A stretch of DNA of 52,013 bases from Minisyncoccota bacterium. GTDB taxonomy: Bacteria > Patescibacteriota > Minisyncoccia > Phycocordibacterales > UBA9973. The stretch is taken from positions 1 to 52,013 of the forward strand of contig JBAYHJ010000006.1 in assembly GCA_041666225.1 (NCBI GenBank). The letters run 5' to 3'. Below, in pieces: positions 1 through 9,348 of the stretch (position 1 is its first letter; every line of letters begins with the position of its first letter). The notes beneath the pieces were generated by a model. That model did not search any database, had not been told where the DNA came from, and saw only the letters and a program-made list of their open reading frames with translations. Both the position numbers and the translations under genes were made by a program.

Positions 1-354
1 ATCAATGAAAATTCCTAATGATGGATATTCTTTGTATTTAAAATCAAAATCTGTATTTTCATTTTTTATTTTTATCATTACATCGTAAACACTCGAACCT
101 TCTTCTATTTTTGTAGAATAAACGCTATTTAAAACTTTCAAACTAACACTCACCTCTAATGTGGAATTTAATTTTATTTTAGACTCAATGGTCTGATTGC
201 CTATTTCTTTTTCTTCTACGGAAATATTTTGGGATAAATTTAAACTTTCAGAATAATCAAGGGTTTGTACATTCGTAAATTTTACAAAACAAAAAATAGC
301 TATGATTAGAATTACTGAGATACTTATTAAAATTTTAATATATTTTTTTGACAT
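1..354 (-). CDS. DUF4430-like membrane-anchored protein, N-terminal part only (open to window edge); putative cobalamin-binding/uptake accessory protein
   Basis: ATG at 354-352, absent from the ORF track because the frame stays open to position 1. My translation is MSKKYIKILISISVILIIAIFCF... (TM anchor) ...KYKEYPSLGIFID. It sits directly behind a cobalamin-riboswitch-like leader. Confidence 0.5.
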   Translation of the reverse strand, partial: MSKKYIKILISISVILIIAIFCFVKFTNVQTLDYSESLNLSQNISVEEKEIGNQTIESKIKLNSTLEVSVSLKVLNSVYSTKIEEGSSVYDVMIKIKNENTDFDFKYKEYPSLGIFID

Positions 355-360
355 AAAATT

Positions 361-515
361 AAAAATTCCTGCCGAAAGCAGGAATTTTTAATTAAAAAGA
401 TATATAAATCTTCCTGCTCGGGAAACACCATTGTATTAAGACCGGACTTACCTCTTTCGAGTATTACCGTTGCGGCACAGTGGAGGAATCTCACCTCACT
501 TCCAAATACATTGGT
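361..515 (-). promoter_or_regulatory. Cobalamin (B12) riboswitch-like leader with intrinsic terminator expression platform
   Basis: The minus strand reads GGAAGTGAGGTGAGATTCCTCCACTGTGCCGCAACGGTAA...GGTAAGTCCGG, resembling the conserved cobalamin aptamer core. It is followed by hairpin AAAAATTCCTGCTTTCGGCAGGAATTTTT (361-389). GCAGGAA occurs twice, which allows an antiterminator alternative. Confidence 0.65.
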
Positions 516-534
516 TTAAATTTTAAAAAGACAA

Positions 535-1056
535 CTAAGCGACCAATACAACTTTCTCTGCAACCACAACTTTCTTTTCTGCTTTAAGTACCCATTTTTC
601 GATTGCTGGTGAGAGCACTATAGCAAAAGATACATTTCCTAGCAAGTGAAGAAGGGTGAATGGAATCTGCCCTATCACTGACACCATAAAAGATTGATGA
701 AAAAATAGTGGTCCAATCGTTAGTCCGGTTACAGCATCATAAATAATTGTGGCAACCAGAGCGTAAGATGCATAACTTTTCCAACCAGAACGATTCTTAA
801 AGTAATATGAGGCTCCTAGTCCAACTGCTCCATAAGCAAGAGCTGTAATAATAGTCCATATACCTAGTCCTGAGGTCACAGAATCAAACAAGACAATACT
901 TAGGAATCCGAAAGCAAAAGTTACCAATTTACCATAAACCTTACCAAATGGCATGATTGTAGCCATTATAGGCTCCACATTCGGTGCACGAAAAGGTATA
1001 AGCCTAAATAAAAAGACAGATAAAAAAACAACAATATATTTGGTCTTACTTTTCAT
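535..1056 (-). CDS. Polytopic membrane protein, ECF S-component/DUF6580-like putative vitamin transporter component
   Basis: 173-aa ORF that is hydrophobic throughout. N-terminal FRLIPFRAPNVEPIMA resembles the DUF6580 signature as I recall it. It lies between nrdJ and the B12 riboswitch. Confidence 0.4.
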   Translation of the reverse strand: MKSKTKYIVVFLSVFLFRLIPFRAPNVEPIMATIMPFGKVYGKLVTFAFGFLSIVLFDSVTSGLGIWTIITALAYGAVGLGASYYFKNRSGWKSYASYALVATIIYDAVTGLTIGPLFFHQSFMVSVIGQIPFTLLHLLGNVSFAIVLSPAIEKWVLKAEKKVVVAEKVVLVA

Positions 1057-1088
1057 TCGTAATTCTTAATTATTAATTCGTAATTATT

Positions 1089-3413
1089 TTACACTATATC
1101 ACAAACACCAGAAACACAAGCAAGCTCTCTTTTGACTTCTGTCTCATCTTTTATTTCATAAGTAATAATTTTTGAGAAATCAAAATCAGGCATCTTACTT
1201 ATAAGTTCTTTATATTTCTTTTCATCAATCGCTTCATATGGAGCAAGTTGATAAACGTGGTTACTTCTTGGTAAGAAAGATAAACCTCCTACAATATCCC
1301 AATTTTGGTAAAGCCAGTGAGCAACTTGTATCCATTCATTTTCCCCTACTGAAATAGTTACCGATGGATTATGCTCAGTATAATTTACTTTAACAATTTT
1401 CCAATGTTCCAATTGATCAATAGCAGAAATATCATCTTTACAAATTGCACCCTCTGGAGCTTTCATTGGAAATTCTAGAACAAAAGTATTTGCATCATCA
1501 TTAGTCTGCCCTACTTCAGGATAATAAGGTACTCCTTGATCTTTCATCATTTTAAAAAGTGAATCAGTCGCGGAAATACGAATACGGCGAATATAGTATG
1601 GTGCATGGCGTGGATGCATACCTGAAGCACAGTCTACTGTTTGAGAAACAGTTCCAGATGGCTTCACTGCTGTGATACAAGTAGATTCACTTATACCAAA
1701 TCTTTTTGCATATATTTTATTTACTCGAATTGATTCGAGACGAAGTTTTGTCAACATAGCTCCATCTCGAGAAAGTTTTGAATCCCATTGTCCTGTTACA
1801 GAAACTCCTAGTAATCTTTCCTCCTCACAATTCTTTTTCCACTCCTTTCCTAAGTATCCAAATTTTGTAAGAGTTGATTGATATGTACCCAAGATAGTAG
1901 CAACGCGGACTTTTCTTAAAAGATCTTCTTCTGTATCTTCAGACCGAGCAACAACTTCGGATAAATTACAAAATTGTCTTGATCTTAAAATAATTTCTCC
2001 ACAAGGGTTTGTACCCATTTCTCCAATATAATCTTTTGATACTTCAATGCGACGTTTAGGAAGAGATGTATATAAAGAGCCACGATTAAATATACCTCTT
2101 TCGCCACTTCCTGATTCCATAAGCGATATCCATTCTTTTAAGAATTGAGTTTCGGTTGGTTTTGTGTTGTAGACAGCAGAATTATTGGCAAGCATACGTT
2201 GACCTTCATTGACCCAAAACTGGCCATTCTTTGAATCACGCATATCTTGATCGTCTAAATCAGATAGTGAAATAAGGGCACTTCGGCGAACTCCACCTGA
2301 AACCACACACTCACCTATTTTACAAATAATGTCATGAGCATCGATATTGCGAAGATGTCTTCCTTGTCGACGCAAAATTCTCTCACGTGTAAATCCAAGT
2401 AAATTTATAAGTGGTTGAGGTCCTGATGATTTTCCTCCCATTATTTTAAGTCGAGCTCCTGCTGGACGAAGAAGTGAAAAATCAAAATCAACATCTTCCC
2501 CGTTAAACCATGTTTTCATTCCATGAACAAACGCATCGGCCCAACCTTCTTTTGTATCAGGGATAACATAAGTTGGTAATTTTTTATTTGATTGAATTTT
2601 AATTTGTGGAAGTGATTGAATATTATTACTCTCAACAGAAAAACCAACTCCAGTTCCACACATTGAAATATAAATTATATCTCCAAAATCTTGAAAAGTT
2701 GAAGGTGCAACAAAAGAACAATTATAAGCACAGACATTTGTTTTTTCTGCCGCATTACCAGCAAATTGCAAAAGTCGCATCGAAGGCATAGCTTCTTGTT
2801 TTAAAATTGCTTCACGAATTTCAGTATACTCATTATCTTTTAGCATGTCACCCATCTTGCCTTTCATGAAATTCATATAACGATCAATCGTCTCAATCCA
2901 AGTTTCTCTTCTTCCCTCTTCTTCAATCCATTTTGCATATGATCGATAATAAACAAATTCAGAAAGTGGGTTTCTAAAATATTTTTTACTCTCATCAGTT
3001 AATTTTTTTACGTGTTCAGGCACAGAATAACCATGAGCACGTAGTCGAGCTCTTTCTTGTCGGTAGAGAATATAATTTTTTGATGTTACCACATAGTCAG
3101 AAAGCATCAACTGCTTCTCTACGGTGTCTTGAATTATCTCAACTGTAGGTAAAAAATCGCGATTACCCATTGCCATTGCCTCTACTTCTACTGCAACTTT
3201 TTTGGCAACAACTAAAGCTTCATCCTGACCGCCTTCACCACCTGCAAGCATTGCTTTATTAATAGCATTCGCAATTTTTTCAACATCAAAAGGAACAACT
3301 TCTCCATCCCTTTTTTGAACGCCTTTAATAAAATAATTCTTACTAACTTTTTTTACAACTTTTCGGACAGAACTTTTATTTTTAGCACTGGATACTTTCT
3401 TTTTTGTGGACAT
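1089..3413 (-). CDS. nrdJ: Adenosylcobalamin-dependent ribonucleoside-triphosphate/diphosphate reductase (class II RNR) with N-terminal ATP-cone
   Basis: 774 aa. ATP-cone-like VQKRDGEVVPFDVEKIANAINKA, active-site NPCGEI, a C-terminal cysteine pair CVSGVCDIV, and a lysine-rich N-terminal tail. Confidence 0.9.
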   Translation of the reverse strand: MSTKKKVSSAKNKSSVRKVVKKVSKNYFIKGVQKRDGEVVPFDVEKIANAINKAMLAGGEGGQDEALVVAKKVAVEVEAMAMGNRDFLPTVEIIQDTVEKQLMLSDYVVTSKNYILYRQERARLRAHGYSVPEHVKKLTDESKKYFRNPLSEFVYYRSYAKWIEEEGRRETWIETIDRYMNFMKGKMGDMLKDNEYTEIREAILKQEAMPSMRLLQFAGNAAEKTNVCAYNCSFVAPSTFQDFGDIIYISMCGTGVGFSVESNNIQSLPQIKIQSNKKLPTYVIPDTKEGWADAFVHGMKTWFNGEDVDFDFSLLRPAGARLKIMGGKSSGPQPLINLLGFTRERILRRQGRHLRNIDAHDIICKIGECVVSGGVRRSALISLSDLDDQDMRDSKNGQFWVNEGQRMLANNSAVYNTKPTETQFLKEWISLMESGSGERGIFNRGSLYTSLPKRRIEVSKDYIGEMGTNPCGEIILRSRQFCNLSEVVARSEDTEEDLLRKVRVATILGTYQSTLTKFGYLGKEWKKNCEEERLLGVSVTGQWDSKLSRDGAMLTKLRLESIRVNKIYAKRFGISESTCITAVKPSGTVSQTVDCASGMHPRHAPYYIRRIRISATDSLFKMMKDQGVPYYPEVGQTNDDANTFVLEFPMKAPEGAICKDDISAIDQLEHWKIVKVNYTEHNPSVTISVGENEWIQVAHWLYQNWDIVGGLSFLPRSNHVYQLAPYEAIDEKKYKELISKMPDFDFSKIITYEIKDETEVKRELACVSGVCDIV

Positions 3414-3634
3414 ACTTTTTAAATTTTAGTTGATAATGGTCCCCAGATGTTTTCGGGTTTATATTATACCCCTACCTGAACTCTAAAGCCAAGCAAAATT
3501 TCCAAAAATAAACACTATGAAAAAATTTTAAGAATACGTCAAATATTTTTTAAAAAGAAGTAAAAATACACCACAAAAAGACTACTATTAAAGGGTATTT
3601 CTCTCTTAAAAATTTCTTGCTAAAACAAAATTAA

Positions 3635-3668
3635 TTTGCCCCCGAAAATTACAATTTTCGGGGGCAAA
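3635..3668 (-). terminator. Intrinsic terminator after Cys-rich paralog 1
   Basis: GCCCCCGAAAATT/AATTTTCGGGGGC 13-bp stem followed by a T-rich tract on the minus strand, 20 nt beyond the restored stop codon at 3688. Confidence 0.7.
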
Positions 3669-3687
3669 TTATCAAAATTTTTATCTT

Positions 3688-5399
3688 TTAATATACTTCC
3701 TGTTGATAACATCTCTCGCAATACACAATCTCCGGTCTCTCGGGTGCATAGGATGTTTCAAATTCATTGGAGCAACCGGACTTCATGCAAGATCTGTGCC
3801 ATAATTTCATGGGATTACGTTGTATAATTCTTTCTTCGTGCCTACAATTAGAACAAAACCTAGGGATAGGAAGATCATTCTCTTATAAAACTGGAATTCC
3901 TCTGGAATCATCTTAAAAGCCCGAGTACACTGGTGATTACATGTTCTTTGATGTCCACATTCTATAATCTTACCTAAGATATCATCATTTATATCCTTGA
4001 TATTGTCTGGAATATCTTCATTTTTAATGTCTATTTGGTAGTTTCTTTCTTCTTTGTCTTTCCATTTGTAGCCTTGAGATATGGCTTCTTCTTTAGTTAA
4101 GGGGAAGTACTCTTGAGCAATGGTTTCGTTGTAACAGAATGGACTTAATTCACTTGGGAAGAACTCTCCGTACTTATATACCCTTCCCTTACTGTCTATG
4201 TAGGGCATATCGTTCATGTGCTGGATGATTTTAGGTACTAATTCTTCGTATTGTTCTTTTGTGTATTGTTTATTAAGGATACAATACTTCTTGCCATGTA
4301 AACTTATACAAGCAAAGCAGTCAGAACAATTAACACACAAATGAATTAGTTCAGAATTTTTGTTTCCTTTACAGTGAGAAAAAAATTTTGTCATATATCC
4401 CCCATCAGCGGCTAGAGAAGATTCATAAATAAGTTCATTGTTTAAACCACCAGATATATCATAACAATCCTTCGCACCATTAAACATTCTCCAACAATAT
4501 TTAATATTTTCTCCTTCAACCATAAAACAATTTTTTGCATTTTTAGAATTGACTATATTGTCCCCAGTTGATTCTATGCTATTTATAATATTGGCGAATC
4601 GATGAATTTTTTGTTTAATTAATTCTTGAAACTCATTTTTAGAATTATTAATAAAAGAATAAGACCCCATATTAAAAGTATCAATTATTTTAAAATATTC
4701 TTCTTTTGAATATTTAATATTTCTAATGTAATAATTTTTATTCCTTAAATTCGAACACATAAAACAATTACTACAATTTCGACAATCAAAAAGAAAATAT
4801 GAATCTAAACAATCACTACAATTATTTAAAAAATGGGAATTATAAATCTTTCTAGTTATAAAATTTTCATAACAAAATTCAGAATTATAAACATAATAAC
4901 AATCAACAAGATTTTTACTCTTATCAACAAGTCTTGAGTAAGACACATCTTCACAGTGTGTTGCATTAGAAAGATAAATATTTTTTGAATAACCAGTATA
5001 GTTAGTATATTCAGAATTTGTATTCCCAAGCCCCCACAAATTTATGTTCGGTGTTACGTCCAATAATTCTTTCCATTGAATAAAAAAGTTTTTTGAAAAA
5101 TCATAATCTCTTCCATAATTTAACCCGTCCCATTTATCACCATACCAGCAATCATGACAATATATAGGAAATTTATTAAAAGTAGAATTATTCGTTATTA
5201 TATTTTTATTACATAAATCACATTTTCTTCTATTCAAGATTCCTTCATTTCGCCAAATAAATCGTCGCTGCAACCTACAATCAGGACAAAAGGTTGGTGG
5301 AGGAACTTTAATCTTCTCATAAAACAAAAAATCATCTGGCTCGATAGTGAAGTCGTTTTTGCAATTCTGACAGTTTTTGTTTTCTACTTTATCTTGCAT
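3688..5399 (-). pseudogene. Cys-rich zinc-ribbon/repeat protein family, paralog 1, frameshifted near the C-terminus
   Basis: The track ORF 3807..5399 ends in nonsense (...KRMIFLSLGFVLIVG). Shifting one nucleotide after ATG 3878-3876 restores NLPIPRFCSNCRHE...IVYCERCYQQEVY* ending at 3688, matching the other paralogs. Confidence 0.8.
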
Positions 5400-5439
5400 A
5401 TAATTATAATTTTACATCTACGCTATAGCTGAGATGTAA

Positions 5440-7137
5440 TTAATACACTTCTTTCTGATAACACTCTTTACAGTATATAATTTCTGGTCTTTTGGGAGCG
5501 TAGGTTGTCTCAAATTCATTTGTACAGCCATCTTTCATACATTTACGATGATATAGTACCATAGGATTTCTTAATTTCAATCGATTCTTATATCTTTCAT
5601 CAGGATGGCATCTTGGAATTGGTATATTCATCTTTTTATAAAATTGAAGTTCTGATGGGGTTATTTTAAAAGCTCTCCCAGAAATCTCACACTCAATAAC
5701 TTCACCTAAAATAGAATCATCTATATCTTTAATATCATCTGGTATATCTTTAGCTTTTAGAGTAATCGTATATTTATTATTAATTTTTTCTTTATAATTA
5801 TATCCTCTCTCTAATATTTCTTCTCTAGTTAGTGGAAAATGATCATTCGCGACTGTTTCATTATATCCAAATGGGGATAATTCATACGGGAAAAATTCTC
5901 CATATTTATATACTCTACCTTTGTTATCTATATATGGCATATCGTTCATGTGCTGTTTAATTTTAGGAATTAATTCTTCATACTCTTCTTTGGTATATTG
6001 TTTATTTAAAATACAGTATTGTTTATTTTTTAAACCAATACACAAAAATAGGTTTGAGGAGGATTGACATAAATCACTATATTCAACTGTATCTAAGGCA
6101 GGCTTACCTTCAATAATAAATTTTATATTTTGACTATTTTCAGAACCACCATGCGCATGCTCATAGGCAAGTTCAGCTTTCATATAACTAACATCCATTC
6201 CATCTTTTGATTTGACTACTCTATAACCATAATTAACATTTTCTGAACCGTAACTATTAAACAATGATTTACAATTACTGCTATCTCTAATAACATCACC
6301 AGTGGTTTTAGGGCAATTTACAATTCTTCCATATTTTCTAGGATAACTTAGTGAGATTTCCCAAAATTCTTTAATAGTTTTTTCAATAAAAATACTACTC
6401 CCAAAATTTAATTCGTTAATTTTTTTATCATATTCCTCTTTTGAATATTGTTTATTCCAAATACAATGAGTTTTATTTTGAAGATTTACACAACCAAAAC
6501 AATCTTGGCAATTATTACAATCTAAAATGAAGTTACAATTTATACAATTTAAGGACCAGTATGCGTATTTACATTTATAATTTTTAAGTACATTAATACT
6601 TTGATAAATCATTTCACTTTCAGTAGCATTAAAAGAATCAACAATTTGTTTAGATTTATCTACATTATTAGAATAATATACGTCTTCACTATCCCACAAT
6701 ATTGAGTAAGACAAATAAACATTTTTAGAGCTATCAACAAAGTTTGCATATTCTGAATTTATACATTCACCTAAGTGCCGAATACTTTGTCTTGGAACTT
6801 CGTCAAATAATTTTTTAAATTGATTAAAACATGTTTTTAAAAAATCACATTCATATCCGTACGAGGTTGCTTCCCAATTATCACTCTTCCAACATTCAGG
6901 GCAGTAGACCGGAAAAGAAACTTTATCATCATACATAGAGATTATATTTTTCTTACACATATCACATTTTCTTTTGTATAAAGACCTTTCATTTCTCCAT
7001 ATCATCCGACGGGCAAAACGACAGTGCGGGCAAAAAGTTGGCGGAGGAACTTTAATCTTCTCATAAAACAAAAAATCATCTGGCTCGATAGTGAAGTCAT
7101 TTTTACAATTTTGGCATTGTTTTGTCTCATTTTTCAT
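5440..7137 (-). CDS. Cys-rich zinc-ribbon/repeat protein family, paralog 2
   Basis: 565 aa. N-terminus QCQNCKNDFTIEPDDFLFYEKIKVPPPTFCPHCR, two CxxCxxCFGC...NKQY(T/S)KEEY blocks, C-terminus YCKECYQKEVY. No signal peptide or TM segment. Confidence 0.85.
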   Translation of the reverse strand: MKNETKQCQNCKNDFTIEPDDFLFYEKIKVPPPTFCPHCRFARRMIWRNERSLYKRKCDMCKKNIISMYDDKVSFPVYCPECWKSDNWEATSYGYECDFLKTCFNQFKKLFDEVPRQSIRHLGECINSEYANFVDSSKNVYLSYSILWDSEDVYYSNNVDKSKQIVDSFNATESEMIYQSINVLKNYKCKYAYWSLNCINCNFILDCNNCQDCFGCVNLQNKTHCIWNKQYSKEEYDKKINELNFGSSIFIEKTIKEFWEISLSYPRKYGRIVNCPKTTGDVIRDSSNCKSLFNSYGSENVNYGYRVVKSKDGMDVSYMKAELAYEHAHGGSENSQNIKFIIEGKPALDTVEYSDLCQSSSNLFLCIGLKNKQYCILNKQYTKEEYEELIPKIKQHMNDMPYIDNKGRVYKYGEFFPYELSPFGYNETVANDHFPLTREEILERGYNYKEKINNKYTITLKAKDIPDDIKDIDDSILGEVIECEISGRAFKITPSELQFYKKMNIPIPRCHPDERYKNRLKLRNPMVLYHRKCMKDGCTNEFETTYAPKRPEIIYCKECYQKEVY

Positions 7138-7167
7138 ACATTATAGTCTTGTCCTTTTACACTATAA

Positions 7168-7196
7168 ATTATACGTCAATCTTTATATTTATTCAA
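7168..7196 (-). promoter_or_regulatory. Sigma70-like promoter of paralog 2 (TTGAAT-17-TATAAT)
   Basis: Minus strand has TTGAAT (7196-7191), a 17-nt spacer, then TATAAT (7173-7168). The same block precedes paralogs 3 and 4. Here a 30-nt leader follows. Confidence 0.45.
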
Positions 7197-7197
7197 A

Positions 7198-7233
7198 TTC
7201 TATTTTTTTACGCATATGCGAGAATTTACAGAA
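7198..7233. promoter_or_regulatory. Degenerate copy of the 36-bp palindromic motif (TTCTAT..ACGCATATGCG..ACAGAA)
   Basis: ttctatttttttacgcatatgcgagaatttacagaa. It aligns with the perfect palindrome at 19916-19951 and the copy at 21806-21841. Confidence 0.5.
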
Positions 7234-7306
7234 TACTGTTAAAAATAAGAATATTAAATAAATAATTTTAAATAACTTCTAAAAGTTACAAAAAATATGT
7301 ATAATA

Positions 7307-8242
7307 ATGAATATGCAAATCAGCACAATAATAATTACAGTTTTAGGGCTTTGTTTATTTGAAATAATAAGCAGTATTGATAACGCAGTCATTAACGCTG
7401 AAGTCTTAGGAACTATGGGTAAGCGTTCTAGGAGATGGTTTCTTCTTTACGGTTTCTTTTTCGCAGTATTTGTAGTTCGAGGATTACTACCATGGGCTAT
7501 TATTTGGGCAACAATGCCATCATTAGGACCAATCGGGTCTTTTACAGCAGCATTCTCAAATAATCCTAGTGTCCATAGTGCAGTAGAATCCGCATCCCCT
7601 ATCCTTCTTTTGGGTGGAGGGATTTTCTTAATCTTTCTCTTTTTCCATTGGCTATTCCTTGAAACAAAAAACTTTGGTCTTCGTCATGAAAGATTCTTTT
7701 TCCAAAATGGTGTCTGGTTCTTCGCCGTAGTTTCAGTAATCCTCGCTACTGTTGTTTGGTATTCATTAAAAATAAACCCAATGCTTGCATTCTCTGCCGT
7801 TATTGGATCAACAGCTTTTTTTATTACTCATGGGTTTAAAGAAAATGCTGAAAAGGGCGAAAAGGCATTATTGTCGTCAGACAACAAGATGTCTGATATC
7901 AGTAAAATTTTATATTTAGAAATTATAGATATGACATTTTCTATTGACGGAGTTTTGGGAGCCTTCGCTTTCACTTTATCTGTGCCACTTATTATATTGG
8001 GTAACGGGCTTGGTGCATTTGTCCTTAGAAAATTAACTATTAGTAATATAGATAGAATTAAAAAATATGCTTATCTAAAAAATGGAGCAATGTATTCTAT
8101 TTTTATTCTAGGGCTTATTATGATTTCAGATTCTTTTGGGATAGAGATACCATATTACATCTCTCCTCTTCTTACATTTGCAATAATAGGTTTCTTTGTT
8201 GTTAAGTCTGTTAATAAAAACAAGAAAAATTTAATTACATGA
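7307..8242 (+). CDS. Integral membrane protein, DUF475/TerC-like
   Basis: 311 aa, multi-TM, with an N-terminal EIISSIDNAVINAEVL motif typical of TerC/DUF475-type proteins. Confidence 0.5.
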   Translation: MNMQISTIIITVLGLCLFEIISSIDNAVINAEVLGTMGKRSRRWFLLYGFFFAVFVVRGLLPWAIIWATMPSLGPIGSFTAAFSNNPSVHSAVESASPILLLGGGIFLIFLFFHWLFLETKNFGLRHERFFFQNGVWFFAVVSVILATVVWYSLKINPMLAFSAVIGSTAFFITHGFKENAEKGEKALLSSDNKMSDISKILYLEIIDMTFSIDGVLGAFAFTLSVPLIILGNGLGAFVLRKLTISNIDRIKKYAYLKNGAMYSIFILGLIMISDSFGIEIPYYISPLLTFAIIGFFVVKSVNKNKKNLIT

Positions 8243-9348
8243 ATACAAGATTCTTAATTGTTTCTATTGTCTTATTTATAATAATTCTAGTTAGTGAATA
8301 TGTTGCATATGCATCTTTACATTATGCTGGAATTATAAAATCTTCAAAATTAGAAGTGCTTCTTATGTTATTGGGAGTTATTTTGCCTATCATATTCATA
8401 TATTCAATGTTGTATAGTTATAAGCACTATTCCCTATTTAATTCATGGATTAATTCCATAAGCTCAGTCTGGCTCGGTATAATACTTTATGTTTTTATTG
8501 CCTCATTGATTGTTTTCTTATTAATCATGCTTAATCTTTATTTTGATTTACAAATACCAATAAAAATAATTTCAAACATACTACTTGTTTTTATAATTTC
8601 ATTAATTACTTACGGCGTTATTAATGCTAGTAACCCCAGAATTGTAAGGTGGACTGTCGTTTCCGAAAAATTGTCTCAAAACTGGAGCGATAAAAAAATT
8701 GTAATAATTTCAGATGTTCATTTAGGGTCAATAAGAAAAGAAGGATTTTTAAAGAAAATAATAAGTAAAATCGAAAATGAAAATCCGGACGTTGTCTTTA
8801 TACTGGGTGATTTAATAGATGGACCATCATTCCCCTATGAAAAATGGTTTAAAGAATTTTCTGTTTTAAAACCACAATTTGGGATTTTATATGTTGAAGG
8901 TAATCATGAAAAATATAGTCAGGAATATGATAAATTTAAATCTCAACTTCCATCTTCAATAAATAATTTAACTGACAAAAAAGTTATCATTAATAATACT
9001 CAAATAATAGGACTTGATTATAAAGAAAGTAAATCCCCAGATGAAATAAATAAAGAGTTAGAATATTTGAGATATGATAAAAATCAACCAAGCATTATAT
9101 TAATGCATGATCCAAAAAACACAGAAGATCTTTCAAAAATGGAAGTTTCTTTAGTATTATCTGGTCATACACATAGTGGGCAATTCTTCCCATTTACAAC
9201 TCTTGTAAATAGTATTTATAAAAAATACAGCCACGGAGTATCTTATACAGATAAGACCGCTTCTTTAACAAGTGCTGGAGTTGGCACATCTATAATACCA
9301 ATTAGAATTGAAACAACACCAGAAATTATAGTTCTAAAAATTAAATAG
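8239..9348 (+). CDS. Membrane-anchored metallophosphoesterase (calcineurin-like)
   Basis: Four N-terminal TM helices, then the motifs ISDVHLG, GDLIDG, GNHE and GHTHSGQ. The start shows a 4-nt ATGA overlap with the upstream gene. Confidence 0.85.
   Translation: MNTRFLIVSIVLFIIILVSEYVAYASLHYAGIIKSSKLEVLLMLLGVILPIIFIYSMLYSYKHYSLFNSWINSISSVWLGIILYVFIASLIVFLLIMLNLYFDLQIPIKIISNILLVFIISLITYGVINASNPRIVRWTVVSEKLSQNWSDKKIVIISDVHLGSIRKEGFLKKIISKIENENPDVVFILGDLIDGPSFPYEKWFKEFSVLKPQFGILYVEGNHEKYSQEYDKFKSQLPSSINNLTDKKVIINNTQIIGLDYKESKSPDEINKELEYLRYDKNQPSIILMHDPKNTEDLSKMEVSLVLSGHTHSGQFFPFTTLVNSIYKKYSHGVSYTDKTASLTSAGVGTSIIPIRIETTPEIIVLKIK

Noticed and set aside
3414-3634. NrdR box or riboswitch upstream of nrdJ
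   Set aside because: Only a half-site-like ACACTATG is present, with no palindromic NrdR box pair. The leader shows no conserved aptamer-like core that I can recognise.
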